19,880 nucleotides of DNA from a bacterium (lineage in GTDB: Bacteria > Methylomirabilota > Methylomirabilia > CAVQYV01): NCBI GenBank assembly GCA_043800755.1, contig JAZDMQ010000001.1, forward strand, positions 1-19,880. The letters are read 5' to 3'. Numbering within the stretch: the first letter of the stretch is position 1; each line of letters starts with the position of its first letter. A model generated the notes under the pieces. The model did not search any database. It had not been told where the DNA came from and was given only the letters and a program-made list of their open reading frames with translations. The position numbers were made by a program, and so were the translations under genes. Shown in pieces: positions 6,765 to 16,267 of the stretch.

Positions 6765-8702
6765 CTACCTATTGGATATCCTGGCCTGCAGGGATGGAAA
6801 CTCCTCGATATGAGTATGTGGCAGGAAGCAAGCGGAGGTGAACTCCTCCATGAAGGTTGGATCCGTGCTGAGTTCAAAGTACGTCATGGAGCCAGCCAGC
6901 CGCTTCGCCTCTGCAAAGCGCTCACGATTCAGCAACGCCATCTTGGCGCCCGCTGCCGAAGTGTTGCCCGCAAACCGAAGTTTGTGGGGATCCACATCCG
7001 GAAGGAGACCGATGAAGACCGCGTTCTCCATATCGAGGTAGTGGCCGAATGCGCCGGCAATCATTACTTCCTCGAGATCAGAGGCTTTAAGCCCGAGGGA
7101 CTTCAACAGGACTTTGGTTGCAGCATAGATGGCACCTTTAGCCCGCAGGAGATTCTCTATGTCGGCCTGCGTTATGACCAGGTCGCGGCTGGCACCCCTT
7201 TCGCCCGCCCCCACGATAACGAATTCCCTTTGGCCATCGGTGCCCTCCCGCAGGTTCTCGAGACCACATTGGGGATTGAATCTTCCCGACTTGTCAATAA
7301 CGCCCATAAGCAGCAATTCCGCCAGAAGGTCCACATATGCAGTACCGCAGAGGCCTGCCGGTGGCTCGTCTCCGATCGTAGAGTAGCTGAAACGGCTGTA
7401 CCCACTCCAGCCGCGAATGTGATCGATGGCACCGCGCATGGCCCACATACCGTGTCGGGTGGTGGCGCCTTCGAAGGCAGGACCAGCCGAGGCACTCGCA
7501 CAAACCATCCAGTCTTTGTTGCCGATGGCCACCTCGCCATTGGTGCCGACGTCGATGAGCATCCTGGGCCTCTCCGCCTCTGCCATGCCGATTGCCATAA
7601 CACCAGCAGTGATATCCGCGCCCACAAACGCGCTTACGCAGGGGAGGGAATAAAGGAGGCCCCGCGAATTAATAGTGAGGCCAACCTCCGCAGCGCGGAA
7701 CGGCGGCGGCTGGTATGTCGCGCCGACATACGGCTCCGGCCGGATCCATGTAGGATTGATGCCCAGCAAAAGATGCATCATGGTAGTGTTTCCGGCGGCA
7801 GCAATCACGCTGATGTCGGAGACGCTGATGCGGAGCTGGTTTTGAAGTTCTCTGATGAGAAGGTTGATGTCTTCGATGATGCGGTCGTGGAGCTGCTGAA
7901 GGCCGTCTGGCTGTTCGGAGCACCAGAGGATGCGGTGAATGACATCAGCGCCGTAGATGGCCTGCGAATTGTACTTGGCGGCAGTACCCAATGTCTTGCC
8001 AGTCTGCAGGTCAACGAGATAGGTGACAATGGTCGTGGTCCCCACGTCCACGGCGACTGCAAGATTCCGCTTGCAGGTGTCTCCCGGGGCCACTTCCGTG
8101 ATCTCGGTCAATGCCCCTCGGTAGGCCGTGGTAGCAGTAACTCGGTGTCCCGCCTGCCGGAGCACATCGGGCAGCGTGCGGATGACCTTGAGGCCCATCT
8201 GGAACTCGCCGCCCCCGACGGCGTGGCGCAGTGCGTGCTCCAGGCGATCGAGGTCTGCACGGTTATAACTTAGGCTCGGCGCTGGTACTTCCAGGTAGTA
8301 TTTCTTGACCAATGGATCGAGGATCGTGGGGCGGCGTTCGAGGACGGCAATTTCGCTCAGGCGCTTTTCGCCCGCATCCACTTCGATGATTCGCGCTCGG
8401 ATCCGCGACTCCGGTGGGACTTCTACCACCAGGTCGCCCGCAATCCGGGCCTCACAGGCCAGAATATACCCCTCTCTGATCTCGTGGCGGGTAAAAAAAT
8501 CCGTGGTTCCGCCCACAACCTCGCCCTCGCGCACAATGACGCGGCATTTTCCACATACCCCTTCGCCCCCGCACAGGCTGTCTATGAATACACCCGCTTT
8601 TCTCGCCGCATCCAAAATGGTCGTTCCGAGCGGAACCTCGACCTTCAACTCGTCCGGCTGAAATTCCAGGGTGCACGTCTTGTTTCCCTTTTCCGCACTC
8701 AT
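6765..8702 (-). CDS. acsV: Reductive activator of CoFeSP (RACo): [2Fe-2S] + ASKHA ATPase
   Basis: CGGEGVCGKC...LAC ferredoxin domain; DVGTTT, YGADVI.RI, DVGTNGE, SAGPAFEG, GLCGT, AGAFG. ATG 8702 overlaps the acsC stop (ATGA). Confidence 0.92.
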   Translation of the reverse strand: MSAEKGNKTCTLEFQPDELKVEVPLGTTILDAARKAGVFIDSLCGGEGVCGKCRVIVREGEVVGGTTDFFTRHEIREGYILACEARIAGDLVVEVPPESRIRARIIEVDAGEKRLSEIAVLERRPTILDPLVKKYYLEVPAPSLSYNRADLDRLEHALRHAVGGGEFQMGLKVIRTLPDVLRQAGHRVTATTAYRGALTEITEVAPGDTCKRNLAVAVDVGTTTIVTYLVDLQTGKTLGTAAKYNSQAIYGADVIHRILWCSEQPDGLQQLHDRIIEDINLLIRELQNQLRISVSDISVIAAAGNTTMMHLLLGINPTWIRPEPYVGATYQPPPFRAAEVGLTINSRGLLYSLPCVSAFVGADITAGVMAIGMAEAERPRMLIDVGTNGEVAIGNKDWMVCASASAGPAFEGATTRHGMWAMRGAIDHIRGWSGYSRFSYSTIGDEPPAGLCGTAYVDLLAELLLMGVIDKSGRFNPQCGLENLREGTDGQREFVIVGAGERGASRDLVITQADIENLLRAKGAIYAATKVLLKSLGLKASDLEEVMIAGAFGHYLDMENAVFIGLLPDVDPHKLRFAGNTSAAGAKMALLNRERFAEAKRLAGSMTYFELSTDPTFMEEFTSACFLPHTHIEEFPSLQARISNR

Positions 8703-10036
8703 GGTTTCCACTGATTCTTGAGGAACGAAACCAGCCCTGAGGCCTCTTTGGGCCCAACTATCGCCTCCCATCCAGATTCGTCTTCAACGCCGGCTTTCAG
8801 GACCGCCACCAGTCCGGGCAGAACGAGTTTCCTGTGTTTCACCTTGGCCTCGATACCACTTTCCTTCAGGGCCTTGGTAATGGTCTTGGCGTTGAACTTA
8901 TCAGCCGCCCAGGCAGTAAGTACGCTTGTCCCCTCGGTATCCACCGAAAGGATATTCGCTGGCACCCTTGACGCCTCAACCTCCGGCTCAACCGAGAAAT
9001 AAGAGAGGGCAAAATTGGTGGTGACGAGAACCGGCGCCTGGGGGCCTGGCTCACCCACCCCGTACAGGCCGGGCTCCACCTTGACCGGGACCGTGGGATC
9101 GGTGTAGATATCTTGCCGCGTGGTGAGGATGCTGAGCAGGTAATGGGGCTGGATGAGATCTACCACGATCACCCCGGCGTACTTGAGCACATACCAGCAA
9201 GCGTCAACGAGAGCCTCGGCTGGATCCTCTGAAAAGGAGACCATCGCTACCGGGTAACCAAGCGGGCGGAACTTCTTTTGAATCGCCGCACGTCGAGTTT
9301 GGGTAAGGAACTGCAGACCCTCGCCGGCACGAACTGGCCCGGGGGAAAGGACCAGTTGTTTGAGTCCTTCCGCCCTCGCCTTTTCTGACAGCCTTACCAC
9401 GTCATCGAAACCCGACCCTTCGAGGACCAGTGGCAGGGAGAGTTCCTTGGCGACCGGGATAGCCTCTTCGCTGCTTCCGCCAAACGCCCACAAGAGTGGC
9501 CGTTCCGCCTTAAGCGCCTCCGCTGCGGCGCGGAGGGAGGCGATGTTTTCCCCCATGAGGATGAGCGCCTTGCCTGAGGCAGCACTGGCGACCTTCGCTG
9601 CCTCAATGAAACGGGTGGGATCACCGGAGACGTTGTGCACCGCCACGAGGTTCGCTGCCAGGGTATTCCCCATGCGTTCGAATCTCGTATTCGCGACCCG
9701 CTCAGAGCGTTCCCGGATGGCGGCATCGTCAAGGTCGTCTTTCATGCGCACTGCGACCGCAACGGGACGATGGAAGCGATCCTCGTGTCGGAACAGTGCG
9801 GTTTCCTGCCCGATCTCGATGGCTTTCCCCCCTTCGCCTATCTTTATCAGCTGCTGCGGCGGTGCGCTCGCCTCGCTAAGCGCGGCTTTTGCTTCGGGAG
9901 TGACATGGGGACACTGGTCCAATCCTGCCTGACCCGCCGCGACCTTCATGGCGAACGCCAAGCAGGTCGGCACCCCACAATCCTTGCAGTTCGTCTTAGG
10001 AAGATGCTTGTAAATCTCAAGGCCCGATAACGGCAT
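8699..10036 (-). CDS. acsC: Corrinoid iron-sulfur protein large subunit (CdhE/gamma)
   Basis: LPKTNCKDCGVPTCLAFA..CP [4Fe-4S] motif, FRHE, IYTDP, TTNFALSYF, SVLTAWAA, GPKEAS. Confidence 0.97.
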   Translation of the reverse strand: MPLSGLEIYKHLPKTNCKDCGVPTCLAFAMKVAAGQAGLDQCPHVTPEAKAALSEASAPPQQLIKIGEGGKAIEIGQETALFRHEDRFHRPVAVAVRMKDDLDDAAIRERSERVANTRFERMGNTLAANLVAVHNVSGDPTRFIEAAKVASAASGKALILMGENIASLRAAAEALKAERPLLWAFGGSSEEAIPVAKELSLPLVLEGSGFDDVVRLSEKARAEGLKQLVLSPGPVRAGEGLQFLTQTRRAAIQKKFRPLGYPVAMVSFSEDPAEALVDACWYVLKYAGVIVVDLIQPHYLLSILTTRQDIYTDPTVPVKVEPGLYGVGEPGPQAPVLVTTNFALSYFSVEPEVEASRVPANILSVDTEGTSVLTAWAADKFNAKTITKALKESGIEAKVKHRKLVLPGLVAVLKAGVEDESGWEAIVGPKEASGLVSFLKNQWKP

Positions 10037-10099
10037 GTCCCGTTTCTCCTTTTTGACTGGTCGGCTTCGCCTTCGACTATGTTTTCTGCAGAGTGCTCA

Positions 10100-12277
10100 C
10101 TACATGAGTGGTTCCATCTCCAATGCTGGATGGCTTACCTGCTGCAAATGCGCCAGCAATGTGGCAGTGTCCGTGGCCACCGTCTCATCCGCGATCTTGT
10201 CCACGAGGTCCGGCAGACCCAATTCCTTGGCCCGTTCTTCCAGCCGGGGGCGGATCGCGTTCTTGAGTTCCTGGGGCATCCAAACGAGCCGCCGAAGGCC
10301 GCCCTCAGCGGAAATGAATTTGCGGGAAGTAAGGTAAAGTCTACCTACACCGACAAAGCCAGGTGTCTGCGCACCGCCACCGACTGAGCCTGCCAGCGTA
10401 CTGAACGCCATGCCAATAGGCGTGTCGCCGAGGTATTCGCGATTGACAGCAATGACACCGTTTGCTTCCGGGATGACGGCGACGATGACCTCGAAGCAGC
10501 CGCAAGAAGTCATGGTGTTCTGCATGATGGAGTACGCTGAGAAGTGCTCCACCGTGCGGTTTGATTTGGCGTGTACAAACTCATTCACATCCTGCCATTC
10601 GCCAACTCGCTGATCGATAGTGCGACCCTTCTTTACCGGCTGGTTGGGTCCCGTGGGCTTGATCTCGTAAGCGGCTTGACCGTCGAGCCAGTTGTAAGCA
10701 CCGCAGAGGCCAAGCCGTTCCGGCGTGATTATGCACACATGGTTGGGCGCATAGGACTGGCAGATGGTGCAGGAGTAGAAGGTATCGACCGATTCGTCGG
10801 TCATGCCCGCCACCCTCGCATCGCGGGCGTCAAATACCGGCGAAGCTTCGGCCATTATTCTCTCCACCTCTTTGGAATCAGTGTAGATTTTCACCTGAAC
10901 CTTATCCACGATGCCTCCGTATTCCTCGTGGAGTTTGGCGTGCAAAATGGTGCCGAAGTGCTTGAGCCGGAATCCAGCCTTGTGTGTATCTTTGTGCATG
11001 CGTATCCACACTTGGTCCCGCTGTGCCATGTGACTGATGCCCATGGCCTGGTTCAGGTACCGATGTATCTGGCGCTCCAAAATGCCTTCGAAGTCTGGCT
11101 TCATTTTGCGGCCTGCGACCTCGACGACAAGGGCCAGGTCCATGGCACCACCTTCCTGGGCTGCGTCGAGGTCGGAGCCGAAGAGTTCGACTTTTCCGTC
11201 CTCCACCTTATCCGCGTCCAGCGTCTTCAGGAACTCTACACCCTCGGAGTATTTTCCGCCGAATTGGATATACAGGTCTTCCTTGCGGACCCTTTCACCT
11301 TCGAATGCCGCCGCAAAGGCAACCGGGATATCTATCTCCTCGACCTTCACTTTAACCCCGCGTACCTCTATGGCCTTAGGCACGAGTTTCCTTGCATCCA
11401 GTTCGCGCACCACATGTTCGTAGGTGCAGATGCCGGTGGGCAGAATCTCTGGTACGTCGGTGTCAGCGATAACCGGGAAACCCATGTTGATGGCGCCAGC
11501 CCCGGTGGCATACTTGAGATCGTCCACCTCACCGAGCACAAGGCCAAAGGCGAAGACCCGTTCTTTGCAGTAAAGCAAGCATTCCCTCCCCTGACCGGGC
11601 TTGAGCCCACCGAAGGTGAGGGCAGAACGAATGGCCCAGTGGAGCGGATAGATCGCACTGATGGTATCGCGGCCGTAAGGGACGATGTAGGTATCCCAGC
11701 CCATCTCCACATTCGCCTCCTTGAGCTGATCCACGATGCTGGTCCCGTTGGATCTGGAGCCAGCAAAGATGAGTATGCTCCGCCTCTGCAGTTCGCGTAC
11801 GATCGCGACCGCGGTTTCGGTATCCTGCGCCGCGCCGAGTATGGCAGCGAATCCGGGCATGCGGCCGTCTACCAACTGTATGCCCAACTGGCGCATTTGA
11901 GTATCGGTGAAAAAACCCTCGCAGTCGGGCTGCGGCTCCTCACCAAATAGGTAACGCACCGCTACCACGATCTCCTCCGCGAGAAGCGTCGCGATGCCGG
12001 CATCGAGGGTGTGACCCAGATAGGGGAGCCACAATCGATCTGAAGGCACCTCGTGAAGCTGGGCTTTGGCCTCTTCCAGAACCGGGGCCATTCCGCCGAC
12101 GGTCTTTACCTCAGCCCCTAAGAGCGCGTTGGCCATAGGCAGGTAAAAGGCCGTTCCCGGGAATTCGACTTTAGCATCCTCTCCCTTCTCGATACGGGCG
12201 CGCTCCAGTTGCGCCTCGGCCTCTTTGACGACCTGGTGAGCCCCTCTTATAGCCGCGCTCGCTATGATCCTTGACAT
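10100..12277 (-). CDS. acsB: Acetyl-CoA synthase, bacterial type with N-terminal CODH-binding domain
   Basis: A-cluster ligands FYSCTICQSYAPNHVC, RLGLCGA, MTSCGCFE; FEGERVRK; GGGAQTPGF. Confidence 0.97.
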   Translation of the reverse strand: MSRIIASAAIRGAHQVVKEAEAQLERARIEKGEDAKVEFPGTAFYLPMANALLGAEVKTVGGMAPVLEEAKAQLHEVPSDRLWLPYLGHTLDAGIATLLAEEIVVAVRYLFGEEPQPDCEGFFTDTQMRQLGIQLVDGRMPGFAAILGAAQDTETAVAIVRELQRRSILIFAGSRSNGTSIVDQLKEANVEMGWDTYIVPYGRDTISAIYPLHWAIRSALTFGGLKPGQGRECLLYCKERVFAFGLVLGEVDDLKYATGAGAINMGFPVIADTDVPEILPTGICTYEHVVRELDARKLVPKAIEVRGVKVKVEEIDIPVAFAAAFEGERVRKEDLYIQFGGKYSEGVEFLKTLDADKVEDGKVELFGSDLDAAQEGGAMDLALVVEVAGRKMKPDFEGILERQIHRYLNQAMGISHMAQRDQVWIRMHKDTHKAGFRLKHFGTILHAKLHEEYGGIVDKVQVKIYTDSKEVERIMAEASPVFDARDARVAGMTDESVDTFYSCTICQSYAPNHVCIITPERLGLCGAYNWLDGQAAYEIKPTGPNQPVKKGRTIDQRVGEWQDVNEFVHAKSNRTVEHFSAYSIMQNTMTSCGCFEVIVAVIPEANGVIAVNREYLGDTPIGMAFSTLAGSVGGGAQTPGFVGVGRLYLTSRKFISAEGGLRRLVWMPQELKNAIRPRLEERAKELGLPDLVDKIADETVATDTATLLAHLQQVSHPALEMEPLM

Positions 12278-12358
12278 AATCCTTTTCCTCCGTGCACTTG
12301 TATTTCGTTGTTACCCCGGCCTGCTGCGAAACTGCCGCCCTCACAGCCAGGGCCTCCC

Positions 12359-12447
12359 GGAATGATCGCAGGGGTCACGATTGAATGGTGCCTCGGGCCC
12401 CTTTACAAGCACATCTTGCAGTACATTAGCTAACCCCGCATCATTCC
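12359..12447 (-). other. Predicted multi-branch RNA structure in the intergenic region upstream of acsB
   Basis: 12433-12447 pairs with 12359-12375 (15 bp, two single-nt bulges) and encloses hairpins at 12404-12420 and 12387-12401. Confidence 0.4.
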
Positions 12448-12448
12448 T

Positions 12449-13264
12449 CTATCGCTTCCCGATTCCCCGATTCAAATCATGCCCGTTCAGCACCTTCTTG
12501 AGAGTTTCGCCAAACGTCGCACCACGACATGCATAGCACGTTCTGGCTAACTCCTCTGGTAAGCTGACTCTATGGCGTGCCTCTTCGATCTGTTTTGCGG
12601 TCTCGAAAAACTTCCCGCATACGCTGCACTTCACCATCTCCAGACGAATGTTCAGGCCCCTCAGGACTCGTTCGCCATCGATATCCTCATAGCGGATGGC
12701 CCCGGTGGGACAGACGAAGACGCAGGCGCCGCAGCCAATGCATTCCCTTCCCTGGTCGCCATAGGGAGTAGTGATGAACCTCTCCATCCCGCGGTTCGCA
12801 TAACCAATCGCGTGCTGGCCGACCACATCGTCACAGACGCGAACACAGAGTCCACAGAGTATGCAGTCCTCCGGGCCGGGCGGATGTCCCACCGGAAATC
12901 TGGCCGCTTCGATGCCATATTCACTGGCCAATCCCCGAATAGGCTTCGCCCCGGGACAGCGTGCCAGCAGAAGCTCGATTACCATGCGCCGGGCGCGCCG
13001 AACGCGCTGGTTATTCGTTTCTATCCTCTCGTTTTCCCAAGGCTCGTAAACGCAGGAGGTGACGACCTTTGAGCGTTTTCCCCAGAAGGCCTCCACCAGG
13101 CAGAGTCGACAGGAGGCATAAGGGGAGAGCGACTCGTGGTGGCAGAGAGTGGGGATTTGAATGTCGTGCCGCCTTGCCACATGCAATACCGTCTCTCCGG
13201 GGGCGGCCTCTACGCTCTGTCCGTCCAGGATGAATTGCACACCTTTTTTTTCTTGTTTTTCCAT
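12449..13264 (-). CDS. HydA/NuoG/HoxU N-terminal-like Fe-S subunit with no catalytic domain
   Basis: IPTLCHH..SCRLCLVE..TSC [2Fe-2S]; CILCGLCVRVC and CIGCGACVFVCP 2x[4Fe-4S]; C-terminal CSVC...CYAC; 271 aa. Confidence 0.88.
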   Translation of the reverse strand: MEKQEKKGVQFILDGQSVEAAPGETVLHVARRHDIQIPTLCHHESLSPYASCRLCLVEAFWGKRSKVVTSCVYEPWENERIETNNQRVRRARRMVIELLLARCPGAKPIRGLASEYGIEAARFPVGHPPGPEDCILCGLCVRVCDDVVGQHAIGYANRGMERFITTPYGDQGRECIGCGACVFVCPTGAIRYEDIDGERVLRGLNIRLEMVKCSVCGKFFETAKQIEEARHRVSLPEELARTCYACRGATFGETLKKVLNGHDLNRGIGKR

Positions 13265-13278
13265 GAGTTGCCGCTTCC

Positions 13279-15189
13279 TTATGTCACATCAATTGCCTGG
13301 TGCCGGCAGGTGTCGGCACAGATTCCGCATTTCGTGCACTGGGAAGGATCAATGGCATGAGGCTCCTTCCTCTCCCCGGCAATGGCGTTGGCCGGGCATG
13401 CCTTGGCGCACAGTGTGCAACCCGTGCAATTTTCGGGCAGAATCCGGTAGGTGATGAGGGCCCGACAGACCTTAGCGGGACATCTCCCTTCCTCGATGTG
13501 GATCCGATATTCCTCGGCGAAGTATTTCAGGGTCGTCAACACCGGGTTGGGGGCAGATGTCCCCAACGCGCAGAGGGAGGCCTCGGCGATCCCAGTGGCC
13601 AATTCCTCCAGCAACTCGATATCGCCTGGGCGACCTCGTCCTCCACAGATGTCTTCCAGGATTTCGAGCATCCGCGCCGTCCCCTCGCGGCACGGTATGC
13701 ACTTGCCGCACGACTCCTCCTTGAGAAACGCCAGGAAGTACCGGGCCACGTCCACCATACAGGTGCGGTCGTCCATGACAATCATCCCGCCGGAACCCAT
13801 CATCGAGCCCAACTCGGTGAGACGGTCGAAATCGACAGGCGAATCCAGATACTCTGCTGGTATGCACCCTCCGGAGGGCCCCCCGGTCTGAACGGCCTTA
13901 AATTGCCCGCCCTCAGGAATACCGCCGCCAATATCCTCAATCACTTGCCTCAGTGACATCCCCATTGGCACTTCCACCAGCCCGACTCGATTCACCTTGC
14001 CCACCAGCGAGAAGACTTTTGTGCCCTTGCTGCCCTCTGTTCCGATATCCGAATACCACTTCGAACCTCGGGCGATGATCACCGGGACGTTATTCCAGGT
14101 CTCCACATTGTTGAGGCAGCTCGGCTTACCCCAGAGTCCGCTTTCCACCGTATGAATGTATTTGGCGCGTGGTTCTCCAACACGTCCTTCCAGCGAAGCC
14201 ATAAGCGCAGTGGATTCACCACAAACGAACGCACCAGCGCCCCTGTTGATCCGAATGCGGAAATCATGGCCAGAACCAAGGATTTTTTCACCCAAGAGGC
14301 CGTATTGCTCAGCCTGCTTCACTGCAACTCGCAGGCGATTGACCGCCAGGGGATATTCTTCTCGCACATAGATGTAGCCTGTATGGGCTCCTATAGCATA
14401 CGATCCGATTATCATCCCTTCGATGACACTGTGCGGATCGCCCTCAACGATGGCACGATCCATGTAAGCGCCTGGATCACCCTCATCGGCATTACAAATC
14501 ACATATTTGGGATCGCCGTGAGCCCGACGACAAGATTCCCATTTACGCCCCGTGTGAAAACCACCGCCCCCGCGCCCCCTCAGCCCGGATGCCTTTATCT
14601 CCTCGATGATTTGCTCTGGTTTCATCTCCAAGAGGGCCTTTGCAGCGGCGGCATACCCTCCCATGGCGATATACTGGTCGATCGACGAGGGATCTATGGA
14701 ACCACAATTGCGCATGGCAATATACATCTGATGGCGGAAGAAGGGTATTTTCGAGTAAGGAGGAACCTTCTGTATCTGGACAGACAATTTGCCGCGCCGG
14801 TATCTCTTGTTTGTCCCTTCGATCAAGAAAGGCTCCACATCGATTCGCCCTACTACCCGTTCCTCATACACTTCACCCTCGGCCATAGCCCGCAAGAGCT
14901 TCGGGATATCCTCTGAGGTAACCCGACCATAGGTGATCCGGGCCTGGCCGGGTAGGATCACATCCACGAGAGGCTCGAGGAAGCATGCACCTTTACAACC
15001 TGTCTCAATGACCCGAAGATCCAGTTCCTGCCTCTTCATCTCATCCTGCAAAGCGTCAAATACTTTCCGGGAACCAGCGGCAAGCCCACAGGTCGCCATG
15101 CCGACAAGCACCCTCACCTTGCCGTCAAAAAGGGCTTTACAGGAGGAAGCCCGCGTCTCATGTAATTGCTGTGGCGTCCCGATTTTCAC
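13279..15189 (-). CDS. HydB/NuoF-like FMN/NAD(P)H-binding diaphorase subunit
   Basis: SGLRGRGGGGF, CNADEGDPGAYMDR, GAGAFVCGE, NNVET, GGPSGG, ESCGKCIPCREG..SLC, HIEEGRCPAKVC, C-terminal 2x[4Fe-4S]. N-terminal thioredoxin-like GMATCG..GCKGAC domain. Confidence 0.93.
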   Translation of the reverse strand: MKIGTPQQLHETRASSCKALFDGKVRVLVGMATCGLAAGSRKVFDALQDEMKRQELDLRVIETGCKGACFLEPLVDVILPGQARITYGRVTSEDIPKLLRAMAEGEVYEERVVGRIDVEPFLIEGTNKRYRRGKLSVQIQKVPPYSKIPFFRHQMYIAMRNCGSIDPSSIDQYIAMGGYAAAAKALLEMKPEQIIEEIKASGLRGRGGGGFHTGRKWESCRRAHGDPKYVICNADEGDPGAYMDRAIVEGDPHSVIEGMIIGSYAIGAHTGYIYVREEYPLAVNRLRVAVKQAEQYGLLGEKILGSGHDFRIRINRGAGAFVCGESTALMASLEGRVGEPRAKYIHTVESGLWGKPSCLNNVETWNNVPVIIARGSKWYSDIGTEGSKGTKVFSLVGKVNRVGLVEVPMGMSLRQVIEDIGGGIPEGGQFKAVQTGGPSGGCIPAEYLDSPVDFDRLTELGSMMGSGGMIVMDDRTCMVDVARYFLAFLKEESCGKCIPCREGTARMLEILEDICGGRGRPGDIELLEELATGIAEASLCALGTSAPNPVLTTLKYFAEEYRIHIEEGRCPAKVCRALITYRILPENCTGCTLCAKACPANAIAGERKEPHAIDPSQCTKCGICADTCRHQAIDVT

Positions 15190-15203
15190 AATTTCCCACT
15201 TCG

Positions 15204-15677
15204 CTATCTATAGAGTTTGAGGATCTTAGTGATATTGTTCGGCCGAAGGTCGCCGTAAACCTCTTGGTCAATCATGAGGACCGGTGCCAATGAGCAGCAC
15301 CCGAGGCACCGGACGCTCTGGACAGTGAACACTCCATCCTTCGTGGTTTGGCCATCATCGACTCCCAGCTCCGCTCGGAGGATGTTATCGATCTTCTCTG
15401 CGCCCTTGACATGGCAAGCTGTGCCCCGACATATGCTGATGATATGCTTGCCCCGAGGGACCAGGCTGAAGGCCTTAAAGAAGGTGGCGACATGATATAC
15501 CCGGGCCCGAGAAGTACCGAGAGCCTCGCCGGCGCGATCCAATATCTCGCGCGGCAAGTAGTGGCACTCCTCCTGGAAATCTTGTAGCACGGAGATGAGG
15601 GAGGACGGCTCTTTTGGATACCTCTCCAGGATCTTGCTGATCACCCGATCGGTGTCAATGTGGGCCAATTCGCTCAC
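15204..15677 (-). CDS. HydC/NuoE-like [2Fe-2S] subunit
   Basis: VATFFKAF, ICRGTACHVKG, VRCLGCCSLAP. GTG overlaps the cooF stop; GGAGG RBS. Confidence 0.93.
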   Translation of the reverse strand: MSELAHIDTDRVISKILERYPKEPSSLISVLQDFQEECHYLPREILDRAGEALGTSRARVYHVATFFKAFSLVPRGKHIISICRGTACHVKGAEKIDNILRAELGVDDGQTTKDGVFTVQSVRCLGCCSLAPVLMIDQEVYGDLRPNNITKILKLYR

Positions 15678-16204
15678 TTCTTGCCTCCATCAAGCGACCG
15701 CTCGATCTGCACCAGGAAGGCCTCCCGCTTGGCCTCCAGTATCTCGTCCAGGGGCTTGTATTGCAGCGCCTTCGTCGGGCACGCCGAGACGCAGGCAGGT
15801 ATTCCGCCCAAGGCGACCCGTTCAGAGCACTCATCGCACTTGATAATGGTCTGACCCTCGCTGTCCATCCTGATCACGCCAAAGGGGCACGCCAAGATGC
15901 ACCATTTGCATCCGATGCACAGTTCATGCTTGATGTACACCGGGCTCTCTTCACTTGCCCTTTGGATCGCCTTGGTGGGGCAAATCTCCACGCAGGGTGC
16001 ATTCACACATTGACGGCACTGAAGAGGCACCGCCCCATTTCCAGCCGCCACCACCCACACCCGAGGCAGCTGGCGCGGCGTCTCCCAAACGGCCCCCACG
16101 AGTTCCTTGGCGCGCGAATGCTCCACAACACAGGCCAGTTCGCAACTGCGACATGCCAAGCATCGCGAAATATTAATGTACAGGATACTACGTTTGCCTT
16201 TCAT
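15674..16204 (-). CDS. cooF: CooF-like 4x[4Fe-4S] electron-transfer protein
   Basis: CLACRSCELAC, QCRQCVNAPCVEICP, CIGCKWCILACPFG, KCDEC..PACVSACP. ATG 16204 with GAGGAG RBS, directly after cooS. Confidence 0.88.
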   Translation of the reverse strand: MKGKRSILYINISRCLACRSCELACVVEHSRAKELVGAVWETPRQLPRVWVVAAGNGAVPLQCRQCVNAPCVEICPTKAIQRASEESPVYIKHELCIGCKWCILACPFGVIRMDSEGQTIIKCDECSERVALGGIPACVSACPTKALQYKPLDEILEAKREAFLVQIERSLDGGKK

Positions 16205-16267
16205 CAGTTGACTCCTCGCTGCCCTGAAGCCCATTTGCAGCACGGCTACCTGGAAGAGGAAGAATTC

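Noticed and set aside
6756-8273. 505-aa plus-strand ORF (also 10571-11950, 459 aa, and 14152-14916, 254 aa)
   Set aside because: Antisense shadows of acsV, acsB and the HydB-like gene, with no domain signatures.
12371-12377. GGGGTCA matching the IR tip inside the operon
   Set aside because: A 7-mer is expected by chance in 20 kb, and the rest of the IR is absent.
12449-15677. Respiratory complex I nuoEFG or an [FeFe]-hydrogenase
   Set aside because: No membrane nuo genes, no H-cluster motifs, and the extra Fe-S domains are HydB-like.
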